A DNA stretch of 64,000 bases, taken from NCBI GenBank assembly GCA_964016885.1, contig OZ024741.1, positions 159,340,001-159,404,000 on the forward strand, in the 5' to 3' direction. Origin of the DNA: Eledone cirrhosa. Taxonomy: Eukaryota. The notes below the pieces were generated by a model. That model was not told the DNA's origin, ran no database searches, and saw only the letters and a list, made by a program, of their open reading frames with translations. The position numbers and the translations under genes were made by a program. Shown piece after piece: positions 24,261 to 37,322 of this stretch; position 1 is the stretch's first letter; every line of letters starts with the position of its first letter.

Positions 24261-27021
24261 TTATGTATATAATTTGAAAGATTTATGTATATAATTATAC
24301 ACATTGGTATAGCCTTGGTTACACACTCTGTATTTATGCAGATATAACGTTCTCATATATATATATATATATAGTGGTAGCACACTGGAAGGTAATATCC
24401 GTAGTCTATATATATATATAGAAAAGTGTAGAAAGATGAGTGTGTGAGAGTTATAACCATTTCCAGGGCCTCTGAGATATGTGGGGTGGAGAAAGGAAAG
24501 GCAGGGTACATAACTCCTTCTGAGACATGTCTATAGCGATTATTTGTTTGGTCGAGGTGGTGAGTTGATTGTGTTGTAGTGTTGATTCATTTGTTGCGTG
24601 TGTGCTCACTTGTAGCTTGCTGTGTCGTGTGGTCACTGTTGTGTGATACAGTGTGACCAGAGGTTGCATGTGTGCAGGAAAGTAAGTGTTCAATAAGATG
24701 ATGATGATATGATAGTTCCTTGATCCCACAGAAAATGAATGTATATAAATGAACCACAATGACACCAAATCGCTATATTAATTTATTGAAAATAGTTCAC
24801 ACCGGAGCTATACAAAAAATAGAGAAGAATTCTATATGTTATTTGTATGTTTGTAAAAGTAGAATTAAATTGTATTTACCAAGAAAACTTCATGAACTTC
24901 ACTGTCTTGGCTAAGGGAGAGACCAAGAGATAGAGATTGAGTGAAAGAGAGAGAGTAAAAGTCTGTAAAAGTCTGTAAGATCCCAAAGGGGTCAGTAGAA
25001 AGCAAATGTTTTACATGTTTATCCTATCAAGAACTGCTTCCCGCTTGATCTAAGACAGGCTATTTATATCTGTTGCTTCCTCTGTCCCCTAGTCATCCAC
25101 TCTCAGACTTCTTTACACCCGAAAGGAGATAACCCTGAAAATGACCGTTAAATGTTACCCAGGGGTCAAGGTGTGGACAGATTTTGCTACATGTAGAGGA
25201 GGATGAAAAATAAGGGCAGGGTACATAAGCCCTTCTGTAACTCCTTCCAGAGCTTCCAAGACATGTGGGATGGAGAAAGGAAGGTACCTTTAAACCAGTG
25301 GCCTAGCCTGAATACTTGTAATACTAATACTCTGCTAAAGGTACCCAAGGGCCCTACAGTACTCACTATATATCCACTAACATTATCCCACTTCACTATA
25401 TACCCACTTCTTACTCTACAGTACTCACTGTATACCCACTTTCTACCCTACAATACCCACTGACATTACCCCACTTCATTGTGTACCCATATCTTACCAT
25501 CCAGTACTCACTGTGTACCCACCCCCTACCTTACAGTACTTGACAACACCCCACTTCTTTGTATACCCACTTCCTACCCCACAGTACTCATTGTGTACTT
25601 ACTTCTCACCCTACAGTACCTCTTGACATTGCCCCAGGTCACTGTTAACACACCTTCTGTCTACAATACATATTAACCTTACTTTTCCTCTTTCCATTTA
25701 CCTACTTCTATCACTTCTTGTTCAGTTTGGATTTTATTTTTCTTATTCCAATATATTTTTAGAAATCAATTGTCATTGATCTTACTTCTGAGAGGACCCT
25801 TCAGCTGTGTCTAAGACACAACAACCTCTCTAGTGTTGGTGATCTATACAGTAAACACACCTGGTACATGCTGTAAAGTGGTTGGTGTTAGGAAGGGCAT
25901 CCAGCCATAGAAAGCTTGCTAAACAAGAGGTTAGGAGGATCTTTCAGTTTGTGTAAAAAAACACAACTTCTCCTCTGCACTCGATAATGACCGTATGTAA
26001 GTGGGATACTGACATGACTTGGTCTATGTAGACCCATCCAACCCTTGCTAGCAGGGGAAGCAGACGTTAAATGATGATGATTATGTGCATGTTTGTATAA
26101 CAGACTTTAGCAATAGAGTTGGAAATAATGTAAAACAAGTTACAATTAATGCTTTTGTTACCAAACTGCCTGAAACTGTCCATGGTCTTATAATTCTTAA
26201 TTGCTTATTTTACAGTGCATATATTTATCTAAAAACCTTCTATCATAATTTTATGAAAGGACCTTTGTTAATTCATGTTCCAAACATCGACTTGATAATG
26301 AGAAAGTTATTGGCAATCATAGTCTTTTTCATTAGAAATTTGATAATACAAGCGAATAAGTGTTTATATTATCGAAAAAACTTTACTTTGTCATTTTATG
26401 TAAGAACATTTATGTTCAAAACATCCATTTAATTATGAGAAAATTAGTTATATTACAAAATCATTCCAAATTCTTGATTATTGTCAAAATTATTTGAATA
26501 TCATAAGAAATATAATAATTGTTTCTACTTTTGGCACAAGGCCAGCAATTATCCCAGTGCATTATTGGTACTTTATTTTATCAACCCCGTAAGGAGGAAA
26601 GGCAAAGTTAACCTCGGCGGGATTTGAACTGTAATAATGAAAGGGTTAAAGTGTTTATCTAAAAACCTTCCATCATAATTTTATGTAAGAGCCTTTGTTG
26701 AGTTTCAAATATTGACATGAATAATGAGAAAATCAGTTATATTATTAAATCCTTCAAAATTCTTGACTATTTTCAAAATTACATGTAAATCATAGACACT
26801 GTTTTTCATTAGAAATATGATAATGGAAGGATTATGAAAGGACCACACCATCAGAAAAGCCTCCTAAAAATCTCAGAATTGTGTTTTTGTTTATTTGTCA
26901 ATTTTAGTATAATTTATATTTTAGCAATTAACCTAATTAAGATGAACTAATTTGACCCAATTATGAAAAAAAAAGCAAAATTATTTATGAAAGTTTGTAT
27001 GGTTAAATTCATCATTATTGT

Positions 27022-27212
27022 CGGTGGATTGGCAGTATTGGTAGAGGGTCGGATGCCATGCTTTGACGCATAGAGTTACGGCCCTTGCCATTCTGAGTTC
27101 AAATCCCGCCGAGGTTAACTTTTACCTTTCATCCTTACGGGGTCGATAAAATAAAGTACCAGTAATGCACTGGTTAATTGCTGGCCTTGTGCCAAAAGTA
27201 GAAACAATTATT
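27022..27212 (+). mobile_element. SINE family S1
   Basis: Matches the S1 consensus. Confidence 0.9.
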
Positions 27213-27671
27213 GTCTTATGTCTGTTTTTTCCTTGCTGGCATGGGTTGAATGAGACATTTATAAGGTAATGTTTTATGACTGGATACCCTTCCTGTCATC
27301 AACCCTTACTTTTTTTGTTTTTGTTTTTATATAAGGTACTTGTGTAACTGAACTTCATATGTTGAACCACTGAGTTGTGGGACATATTGTTTATGTTGGA
27401 CATAAACAAATGCCCAAGTAGTGTCAATGTGAAAGCATGCAGAAACCAACACAATCATATATATACATGCACACACATACACATGCATGCACACACGCAC
27501 GCACAAACATGCACACACATACACACACACACAGAGGATGCACATATGTACATCAGGTTTCTGTACAGTTTTCATCTACCAAATTTATACCTTGGTATTT
27601 GTCAGGCTATAGTAGAAAACACTTTCCCAAGCTTCCAAACTTCTTAACCACACAGCCATGCATGCACCAAA

Positions 27672-27890
27672 GGGCGGTGAATTGGCAGTATCGGTAGAGG
27701 GTCGGACACCATGCTTTGCAGCATAGAGTTACGGCCCTTTATGATCTGAGTTCAAATCCCGTCAAGGTTAACTTTGCCTTTCATCCTTACGGGGTTGATA
27801 AAATAAAGTACCAGTCACGCACTGGGGTCGATTTAATCAACTTTCCCCTCCCCAAATTGCTGGCCTTGTGCCTAAATAAGAAACCATTAT
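27672..27890 (+). mobile_element. SINE family S1
   Basis: Matches the S1 consensus. Confidence 0.9.
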
Positions 27891-28651
27891 TTTATAAGTA
27901 TGGCTTAACAGCATTGTTCTTACTGTCTGTTAATAATTGCCAAAATAGGGTCTCTTGCAGGATCCTGTAGGACAAATATATGTAAATTATTATCATCATC
28001 GTCATCATACACCCACTTTTCTATGCTTGCATGGGTTGGACAGGTCTTTTCCAGTACAGCATACCTATGAGCTCAGCTCTCACCACTTCTACCAGACATT
28101 CCTTGGTCTTCCTTTTCTGAGATTTCTTGACATGGCATTACCCAGTGATCAGACTACCTGTAATATATAATATCTGACATGTTGGTTTGTTTGTTGATCG
28201 GTTAGTCCCATGTTAGATGTCACATTTGACATCATATAGAGAGAAGGGAAGAGAGATACATAGAGATTTTTTTGTTTTTTTTTACGAGAGAGAATTAACA
28301 TAAGGGTTGAAAGGGGAGTATATATACTGAGCAGAGTGGCAGTGAAAAACTGAAAAAGATAAAGTAGTAGAAAACACTTAACTGGAGGCACACACACACA
28401 TGTACATATGCATACACATACACATGCATACACATACAAGTGATTGTCAACTGCTGAGGCAACAGTGAATGCTTATATTTTATGAAAGGAAATATATATA
28501 TATCTATATATATATATGAAAATGTCTTTTTTATTTATCTTTTTCTCAAATTGCTGCTTTCTTTTATTACTATTATGGCAATGTTTGAGAATGAGTACAA
28601 CAATGAATCATTTCAGCCAGATAGAGGCAGCGTGAATTTATTTATCCTTCA

Positions 28652-29069
28652 TTAACCCTTTTGATACTAAACCAGTCAAAACCAATTCTCGTTGTATGAA
28701 ACAAAACCACCAACTTGAAAGGGTTCCTATTTAACCCTTTAGCATTTAAACCGGAAACTGCTGAAACTGGCTGTAACTGGCCGTTCATACTGACATTAAG
28801 GTATTGTTCTCAAAATAAATAACATCAAAATCTCAGATTCAATATTATATGAGATAATTATGTAAGATAAAGCTTTTACCACAAATATACAAGAGTATAT
28901 AGAGTAATGTAAATGCTAAAAGGTTAAATTAGAATCCTCCAGCATATTTTATATAAAAACCATATCTTATTAATGAAATAATTAATAATTTTAGTAAATT
29001 CATCAAAATTTTTCATTGAAATATTGAAATAGTGTGTATTTTCAGTAGAAATAGTCACTAAAGAGTTAA
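28652..29069 (+). mobile_element. Older TTAA MITE (family M2) with an M1 MITE nested at 28731-28927
   Basis: Outer TTAACCCTTTTGATAC...AAAGAGTTAA; inner TTAACCCTTTAGCATTTA...TAAATGCTAAAAGGTTAA. M2 relics also near 15510, 16341, 17640, 18180 and 26150. Confidence 0.8.
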
Positions 29070-29310
29070 TACATTTATATTCATTTATTGTCACCCACAG
29101 TAGCAAATGTATACACCTTAAATTATCTGTTATATGATGGGGGTTACACACCAGTCTCTAATGAAGCAAAATCCTATTTCTTTTTTATTATAAGTTGAGC
29201 CAACTTATGCAGCTTCATATGCAAATGAGATTAATCACCTCATTTACACAGACGAGAAAAGTATATATTCTCAGCTGTCTTCTAGTCCAGCAGTCGCAAG
29301 TAGTGGGAGG

Positions 29311-29356
29311 GACCGTCCTGACGAAAGCCAGTTAAGCCTGAAATGCATAGACGGTT
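29311..29356 (+). ncRNA. Minimal type I hammerhead ribozyme
   Basis: gaccgtc-CTGACGA-aagc/gcct-GAAA-tgca-TA-gacggtt: 7-bp stem I and palindromic stem III. Confidence 0.9.
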
Positions 29357-29380
29357 GTCCCCCTTGCTTCTGCTGGACAT

Positions 29381-29392
29381 CACCAGGGGGCG
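29381..29392 (+). promoter_or_regulatory. CTCF-like motif
   Basis: CACCAGGGGGCG matches the CTCF core consensus; motif match only. Confidence 0.35.
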
Positions 29393-29935
29393 TCAGCCCC
29401 CCCCCCCCCCCCCGGGTGTTTGCAACGGCTTCCTAAAACTGTATTTCTTTGGAGATACGAAATATTTATACATATCTAATATAATAGTTTTGTTGTAGAT
29501 ATATGTATCAGGGTTGATAGTAGTGTATAGTGGGTGTGGCACAGACAGTGAATAAAAAAGTAAAACATTGAAAAAAAACACTGACCTGGATTTCAAATCA
29601 TAGAAATCAGTTGTAAGACTGGTTTTCTTTTCAACATATTTCTCTATGAATATATTTGTACTTAATTGTTGTTATAATTGCAGTCAATGTTGTTGTTGTT
29701 GTGACATAATCAATAGAGCAACAGATTAACTCTTAACATCCTGTAATGATTTAGCAAAAAATATCTTTAAGAATCATCATCATTATCATTTTATCCTTAC
29801 GGGGTCGATAAAATAAAGTACCAGTAATGCACTGGGTGATTGCTGGCCTTGTGCCTAAAGTAGAAACAATTATCATTTAATGTCCATTTTCTCAGCTAGT
29901 AAGGCTTGGAGAAAAAGATTGTGCCAACTTTCAGA

Positions 29936-30012
29936 TGCCAAAACCTAGGAGTGAACCAAAGCAGGCCCTTTAGATCTTCAGTCTAACACTTTCCCATTTG
30001 AGCTATTTTAGC
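29936..30012 (-). pseudogene. tRNA-Phe(GAA) pseudogene; partial second copy at about 30776-30815
   Basis: Reverse complement gctaaaatagctcaaatgggaaagtgttagactGAAgatctaaag...ggttcactcctaggttttggca aligns to the eukaryotic tRNA-Phe sequence with CpG decay. Confidence 0.85.
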
Positions 30013-30302
30013 TGATATTTATAGTATTCTGATATTTATAGTATCATTTATAGTATCTTTACTAGTGGACAGATCATTTTGAAAATATTCAGTGTTAAAC
30101 TAAAAGACTTTAATTTTTAATGTGATGCAGTCACAGTGCTGTTTTGTACTTTTCAACGTCTTGCTAATACAGCTTCATGTACACCTTAAATATCTTGTAG
30201 TATTTAGTTAGGTCTATTTTATTGTGTGTAGATTTTCATCTATTTGGAGTCTATAAAATATATATCAGTATTTTTATAGAATTCTTGGTTCTTTCTTAAC
30301 CA

Positions 30303-30510
30303 TTAACCCTTTAGCATTTAAGCCGGCCATACCCGGCCAGAATTCTCTCACCTCTTTCTGTTCAAACCAGCTATAACTGGCCACTCATACTGATGTTACG
30401 GTATTGTTCTCAAAATAAATAATATCAAAATCTCATGGATTTGATATTATGCGAGAGGATTATGTGAGATAAAGCCTTTACCATGAAAATATAATAGTAA
30501 ATATAGAATA
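30303..30510 (+). mobile_element. M1 MITE, 3'-truncated
   Basis: TTAACCCTTTAGCATTTA start; internal match to 5133-5339. Confidence 0.85.
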
Positions 30511-31959
30511 TCAGTGTAGCAACATGTGACAACATCTCTTGTGCTGATGCCATGATAAAAAGCTCTCAACCCTTCCTGCCAGGTGGGGGTTGCAGTATTA
30601 TGATAAAATTCACCCAGTACACACCAAGAAGTGATTGGATTTAGGAAAGGATTAACTCTTAACATTCTGTAATGATTTAGCAGAAAATATCTTAAAATAT
30701 CATCATCTTTATCATCTAATGTTTGTTTTCCCTGCTAGGATGGGCTGGACAAGAAAATTGTGTCAACTTCTGGAGGCTGAAACTTGAGATTGAACCAAGG
30801 ACCTTTAGATCTTAGCTGTAAATGCCATACCAGAATGGAATGTATGAGCAGAACATGGTCACCTGACAAGTTTGGCCTCAGAACTTGACAACCCATCTAA
30901 CCCATGCAAGCATGGAAAATAGACATAAGATGATGATTTCATTAGAAGTATTCTAACTAAGGTGTTAAACAATGGTTTCCAGATAGTTTAATAGACATTA
31001 GAACAGCAAAAAAGACAAACCACTTTGCTTCTAGGGTATTCTCACAGATTTAAGCAATTGTCATTCATTTATCTGACACAAGGTCATTGAGAAGAAAAGA
31101 GATCTAAATGTCTTTCAAATATATTTATATTACATCATATCTCAATATCTGAGAACAATATTCATCATCATCAACATAATTTTGGTGACGAATGCTACAG
31201 TACATTTGTCTTGATGAGACTTAGATCTGGTTGCTTGGCTTGCTACTGCTGTCATTGTTATGGATCACATCACTGTATGTTACGCCAGCCTTCTTAAGAG
31301 GTTACATCTCATAGGAGGACATTTGTCTTAATAAGAGCTCTATCTGGCTGGTTGCTTGGCCTGCTGTTGTTATTGTTGTTACAGTTCACACTACTGTAGG
31401 TTCAGCTGGCTTCCTAATGAAGTTACATTTTATAAGAGGTTTCTGAAATGTTTTAATGATAGGGACAGCAGGCCTATCATATCACAATTTTTCTGGTGAC
31501 ATGATTTGAATTCAGATCCAGAATAAACACTGCAAGCTATCTTGTTCAATGCTCTAATAATTCTGCCAATCTACTACCTTTGACTGGTACTTCATTTATC
31601 AACCTGAAGAGAGCTGGAATAAATATCACAAGACATTTAACCCAATGTTTTAACAATTCAGCTAATTCACTACCATGACCTCCTTGAAATAGCAGCCAAA
31701 TTTTTCTCAAATCATACCTTATTGTTTTACTGGAAGGACACTATGGATTATGTATTCCTAGATAAGCTGTCTGAAAATAAGATGGGATGGTCAAAGCTAG
31801 AACTCCTTTGATGTTTGCTTGATCAGGGCTGACCTAGGGCAAACACAAACACCCTCTGTTACCCAGCAGATCTATTTCATTAATGACCCTCTTATATTTT
31901 ATTCTGGCATGGTGTGTCTAAGAATGTAAATTCTATGTTCTTCCTTGTTATTGCTGTTA

Positions 31960-33100
31960 TTGTTTTGCCCTAGTTCAACTAAAAAACAGCTCATATGATC
32001 AAGGGCATTCCAGCTTTGATCATCCCATATTATATTCAGATATAATGTATCTATAACTACATTATGCAAATATGTCTTTCCTTGTCATTGTTTTGTCCCA
32101 GGTCAGCTTGAACCAGCAGACATATGATCAAGGACATTTCATCAGTGACTATCCCATGTTTTATTCAGACATAATATATCTAGGACTACATTATCTAATG
32201 TGTCTTTCTTTGTTGTTGTTTTACTCTATGTCAGCTTGAACCAGCTCACCTAAGATTAAGGATATTTCAGCTTTGACCATCTCATGTTTTATTCAGACAT
32301 AATGTATCGACATTATTCCAGTATGTTCTTCCTATTCTTTTTCTAACTTGTATATGGCGATGTAAGTGTGAAAATTGTGTTATGAATATTGTTATGGCAA
32401 GTGGTTCAGTTAAGGAAAATGTGGAAAGAATCAATAGTTTAAGGGCTTATTGTATACATTAAACCTCATGGAGTAAAATGGAGGGAGATGATGTGTTACA
32501 AACCAGTCCAACCTATGTGATACATCACTAAACATGTCACTTGCTTACTAAAAACATCAGCCAAATTGCATCCTGTCTTCAAAAAATATAATTATTGAAG
32601 GAGCCTGTATAGAGGTCGCTTGACATTCTAAAAATAGCAGTCAAAACTCCATCAGAATTCATCCTTCAATCCTAAAAAAATTCAGTCGGTCTCAACGAGG
32701 TTGCTCAATCTGCTAGAAATAGCAGTTGAATGTCCTTCAAATCACACCTACCATCTTGAAAATATTATTGAGTGAGACTAAGTAGTCACTTGAACTGCTA
32801 GAAATAGAAGCCAAAATTCCCTTAAACGCCATTTTAAACAATAACGAGATAGCCTCAATACAGGTCCTTGAGCTGTAAGAAATCAGCCAAATCACCTCAA
32901 AACACACTACTATCCTCAGATGTTAATGAAGGAAATACTAGGCCATTCATGGACTTCAAGAAATAGCAGCCAAATAATTCCAAATAATATACTGATACAC
33001 TACCATATAAAAACATTAATGAGGGAGCCTCTAGACACTAGCTTGATTTATTAAAAGTAGCAGTGAAACATCCCTCAAACATCATCTCACTATCATAAAA
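31960..33100. repeat. Two degenerate tandem arrays (about 130-bp units to 32340; about 85-bp units containing gaaatagcagccaaa from 32530)
   Basis: Recurring motifs at regular spacing. Confidence 0.7.
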
Positions 33101-34048
33101 TAAATGAGACATGATATAACATGAAAATAATCACTCTGTACCATCATTAAAAAAGGAAAAACACATTAGACAATCTGTTGAATAAAAAATGATGCGATGG
33201 TCACAGTTGGAGTATTCTAGATTATAAGGTCTACTCAATCAAAGATGATCTATGACCAAAGCTTAAACAACAACATTTATTATTCTGTATTTTTTTTAGT
33301 TTACTTTTATTTTCTCAAGTAATTGTCACAGTTTATGTGTCTCTTTGTATGTATGTATATACATTCATATATTTATGTAGGTAGGTATGTATATATATAT
33401 TTATGTATGTATCATAATCATCATTGTTTAATGTCCATTTTCCCACATTAGTATGGGGTAGATGAGTTGTACAATTGTGAGACAAATCAGTTCAGGTGAC
33501 CGTGTCTTGCTCATACAGAACTTTTTCTTGCTTGGTTTCTACTCCTGGATGCCCTTCCTAACACTAACCACATTTACAGTGTGTGCTGGGTGCTTTTTGT
33601 TGTGACACCTACACGACCACTTTAGTGAGGGCTGGACGCTTTTTGTCGTGACACCTACTCAACCACTATATATATATTTATATAGGTATGTGTGTGTGTG
33701 TATGTATATATATAATTAGTGGTAGCACTAAGACAGTGTTTAAGCATAATTGAAGTACAGAGGAAAATAGAGAAAAATAATTTCTTTTCATTACAAATGA
33801 ATACTTTTTTTTTCAGCAGTGAGACTACCCATATGTTTATTGTATATAAACATATATATGTTTATGCGTTTTCATATAACACTGTCTTAGTGCTACCACT
33901 AATTAAATATAACCAGCCAAGCTCACAATATATGCAAATGAGCGTTTTCTTCTATTTGCGATATGCAAATGATCAACCCCAGTAAATGATCATCACACAG
34001 TTTCTATATAGAGTATAGTCTATTTTATGCCAGTACAGTTTTGAATGA

Positions 34049-34097
34049 GTGTCACTGAGGAAAGATTAACTAATCTTGAAACAGCACCATATGACAT
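34049..34097 (+). ncRNA. Type I hammerhead ribozyme with a CpG-decayed stem III
   Basis: gtgtca-CTGAGGA-aagatta/taatctt-GAAA-cagcacca-TA-tgacat; outer pairing ccagtaca/tgtactgg. Confidence 0.8.
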
Positions 34098-34662
34098 TCC
34101 AAAAATGTACTGGTAACTCTGTGATACAGTCACAGAGGAATATAGAGAAAAATGATTTTTTTTTCATTACTGAAAAAATGCTTTTCTTCGGCAGCAAGAC
34201 TACCCATATGTTTATTGTGTATAAACGTATTGTATATATACATATATAGCTATATATAGTGCATTGGTATGTATTGTTTAGTTACTATTGGTTCACCTGA
34301 TTGAGCACTCAATGCTTATATGGGTCCATTTGCCAATGAGGTATTCAGTGTTTGGTATTTTGCCATAGTGAAACAACTGCTGGTGACATGACAAAAAGCA
34401 CCCAGTCCACCCTGTAAGGTGGTCGTGTCAGTGACACAAAAAGCAGCCAGTTAGCTCTGGAAGATAGTCATTTCAGTGCCATGATAAAAGCCTCCAGTCC
34501 TCACTGCAACGTGGTTGATGTTAGGAAGGAATCCAGCCATTGAAACGAACCCAAAATACAGATACATATGTACATGATATGGTCTCCAAACCTGACTTGT
34601 CTCATAAGAAGACAACCCCTATAACCCATGCAAACATGGAGAATGGACCTTAAACAATGATG

Positions 34663-34693
<31 letters not shown>

Positions 34694-34730
34694 GAAAGAT
34701 TTGAATGGATACAGTTTAGTTGAAAGGAAT

Positions 34731-34847
34731 TTATTGACACGTGTTTCTATAACAGTTACATAACCTAAAACAGCTATCTACAAACTTTTAGTTATGCAGA
34801 CATTCAATATTTCAATGTTATTATTTACTGTCATTTCATCAGAATAA
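34731..34847 (-). ncRNA. Type I hammerhead ribozyme, extended stem II
   Basis: Exact reverse complement of 35850-35966. Confidence 0.75.
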
Positions 34848-35434
34848 TATTACTGAGGACCTATTTAGTTTTTATAGAGAATATTAGGAGGGAGGGGTGA
34901 AGTTGTTAGAAGAATAGTTGAAGGAGTGGTTTTTCGATAGCAGTGAGAATTCTTGGTGGCAGTGAGTAATTAAATTCCCATCTGTTGTTTTGACATTTTT
35001 TATAGAATATATTATTGGTTATTTTTCTAAATCTATAGAAGGATTAGAGATAGTAAAGATATGTGTGGTTGGTTTTGTGTTTGCACTTAATTAACATTCA
35101 GACTTAAATTTTTCTTTCAAGTGTACGTATCCTTTCACCCACGCATTCACACACAAAATATATTTGCACACCTCTACAAAATACATATACTCACAATTCA
35201 CATATTCATACTTACATATATATACACATGCATACACATATATATACACACATGTATTCATATACATACATACGCGCTCATGTGTATACATTTTCATACT
35301 CAACTTATCTTTATATACACACGTATAGACACACTCATATATACATACATACTCTAGTCCATGTGTACACACATACACATACTTACACATCCATATACAC
35401 ATATATACATACATATATATATATACATATATAC

Positions 35435-35481
<47 letters not shown>

Positions 35482-35849
35482 CATATATACATACACATAC
35501 ATATACATACACATACATACATATATATATATAAGCACTTTAATACATGAATACACTTACATCTAACTATACACATCAAACATATATATATATTTACTTA
35601 TTTATATACATTTTCACATATATATACATACTTATGGACGTTTTTAGACACATTCATTATCGCATATTTGTACCTATTCTCATCAGCATATCTTTTCATT
35701 ATTAGTATGGTAATTTAAGGTTATTAATATATGTTGAGAAGAGATTGTTTTTATATTTTTCTAACTAGATTAAGGTTTATATAGTTGGGGGATGTCCCTC
35801 TTTTATGTAATATTCGGCTCTATAAAAACTAAATAGGTCCTCAGTAATA

Positions 35850-35966
35850 TTATTCTGATGAAATGACAGTAAATAATAACATTGAAATATTGAATGTCTG
35901 CATAACTAAAAGTTTGTAGATAGCTGTTTTAGGTTATGTAACTGTTATAGAAACACGTGTCAATAA
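35850..35966 (+). ncRNA. Type I hammerhead ribozyme, extended stem II
   Basis: ttatt-CTGATGA(35855)-atgacagt...actgttat-GAAA(35950)-cacgtg-TC-aataa. The first stem II pair is an A.A mismatch. Confidence 0.75.
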
Positions 35967-36113
35967 ATTCCTTTCAACTAAACTGTATCCATTCAAATCT
36001 TTCTATTTTTCTCCGGATTACTTTTGGAACTACAACTGGAACCGTCGAGCAAACTCTACGTGAGCTGATAATCTACTGTGTGTAATATTTATATTACAAC
36101 ACAACGGAAAATA

Positions 36114-36149
<36 letters not shown>

Positions 36150-36600
36150 CTTTATATTATATAGAAATGACTTCAACATGACTAGATCTATTTCATTCAT
36201 ATGAAATCCACCTATATGTCACAATATTAACATAAATTAATAATTGTTTGTGTGTGTGTGTGTGCGTGTGGAAAATGAAAACAGAAGAAAAGTCAGAGAT
36301 AGGTAGTTAATTAGTTCATTGTTTTAGGATCGTTTCAGAGGATTGATTGGTCTTGGAGAATCGATATATCGACTAGCATGGTAGTGGTTACATCGCTACC
36401 TGTTTCTAGCTTCAAAATCCCTGATCAATTGACCGTCTTCTTTAGAAACACTAAACTATTATTTTATTTGCTCTCTATATTTAAAGAGGCTGGAGTGTGT
36501 GAGTTGGGTGTGCTAATCGGTGAAGAAATAGAAATACAAAGATGCATAAATCATGAGTGGAGAGAGTAGAAAGCATATAAATGTGTGTAAATAAAGATAA

Positions 36601-36780
36601 ATAATAATTGTTTCTACTTTTGGCACAAGGCCTGCAATTACCTAAGTGCATTACTGGTACTTTATTTTATTTACCCTGTAAGGATGAAAGGCAAAGCTAA
36701 CCTTGGTGGGATTTGAACTCAGAACACAAAGGGTTATAACTCTATGCTGCGAAGCATGGTGTCTGATGCTCTACCAATCC

Positions 36781-36812
<32 letters not shown>

Positions 36813-37322
36813 TGTTTCTACTTTTGGCACAAGGCCAGCAATTACCCAGTGCATTACTGGTACTTTTTATTTTATCGACACCGTAAGGGTGAAAAGCAAA
36901 GTTAACCTCGGCGGGATTTGAACTCAGAATGGCAAGGGCCGTAACTCTATGCGTCAAAGCATGGCGCCCGACCCTCTAATAATAATTGTTTCTACGTTAG
37001 GCACAAGGCCAGCAATTACCCAGTGTATTACTGGTACTTTATTTTATCGACCCCGTAAGGATGAAAGGCAAAGTTAACCTCGGCGGGATTTGAACTCAGA
37101 ATGGCAAGGGCCGTAACTCTATGCGCCAAAGCATGGCATCCGACACTCTACCAATACTGCCAATCCACCGACCCTCTAATAATAATGGTTTCTGATATAG
37201 GCACAAGGCCAGCTATTTTGGGGGACGGGAAAGTCGATTAAATCGACCCCAGTGCATTACTGGTACTTTATTTTATCGACCCCCATAAGGATGAAAAGCA
37301 AAACTAACCTCGGCAGGATTTT
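36601..37322 (-). mobile_element. Head-to-tail array of four S1 SINEs
   Basis: Units restart at aataat(t/g)gtttct near 36604, 36808, 36981 and 37181. Confidence 0.9.

Larger units (their letters stand above)
34691..36006 (-). mobile_element. Penelope-like element relic with inverted pLTRs (34691-34879 and 35818-36006)
   Basis: 189-bp perfect inverted repeat. Minus strand 35060-34930 reads LEK*PIIFY...NNRWE/LITHCHQEFSLLS, like the PLE C-terminal NKRSELISKCRH motif. Confidence 0.7.

Noticed and set aside
24852-25190. Possible solo LTR (TG...CA, TATA on minus)
   Set aside because: No clean TSD, PBS, PPT or second copy.
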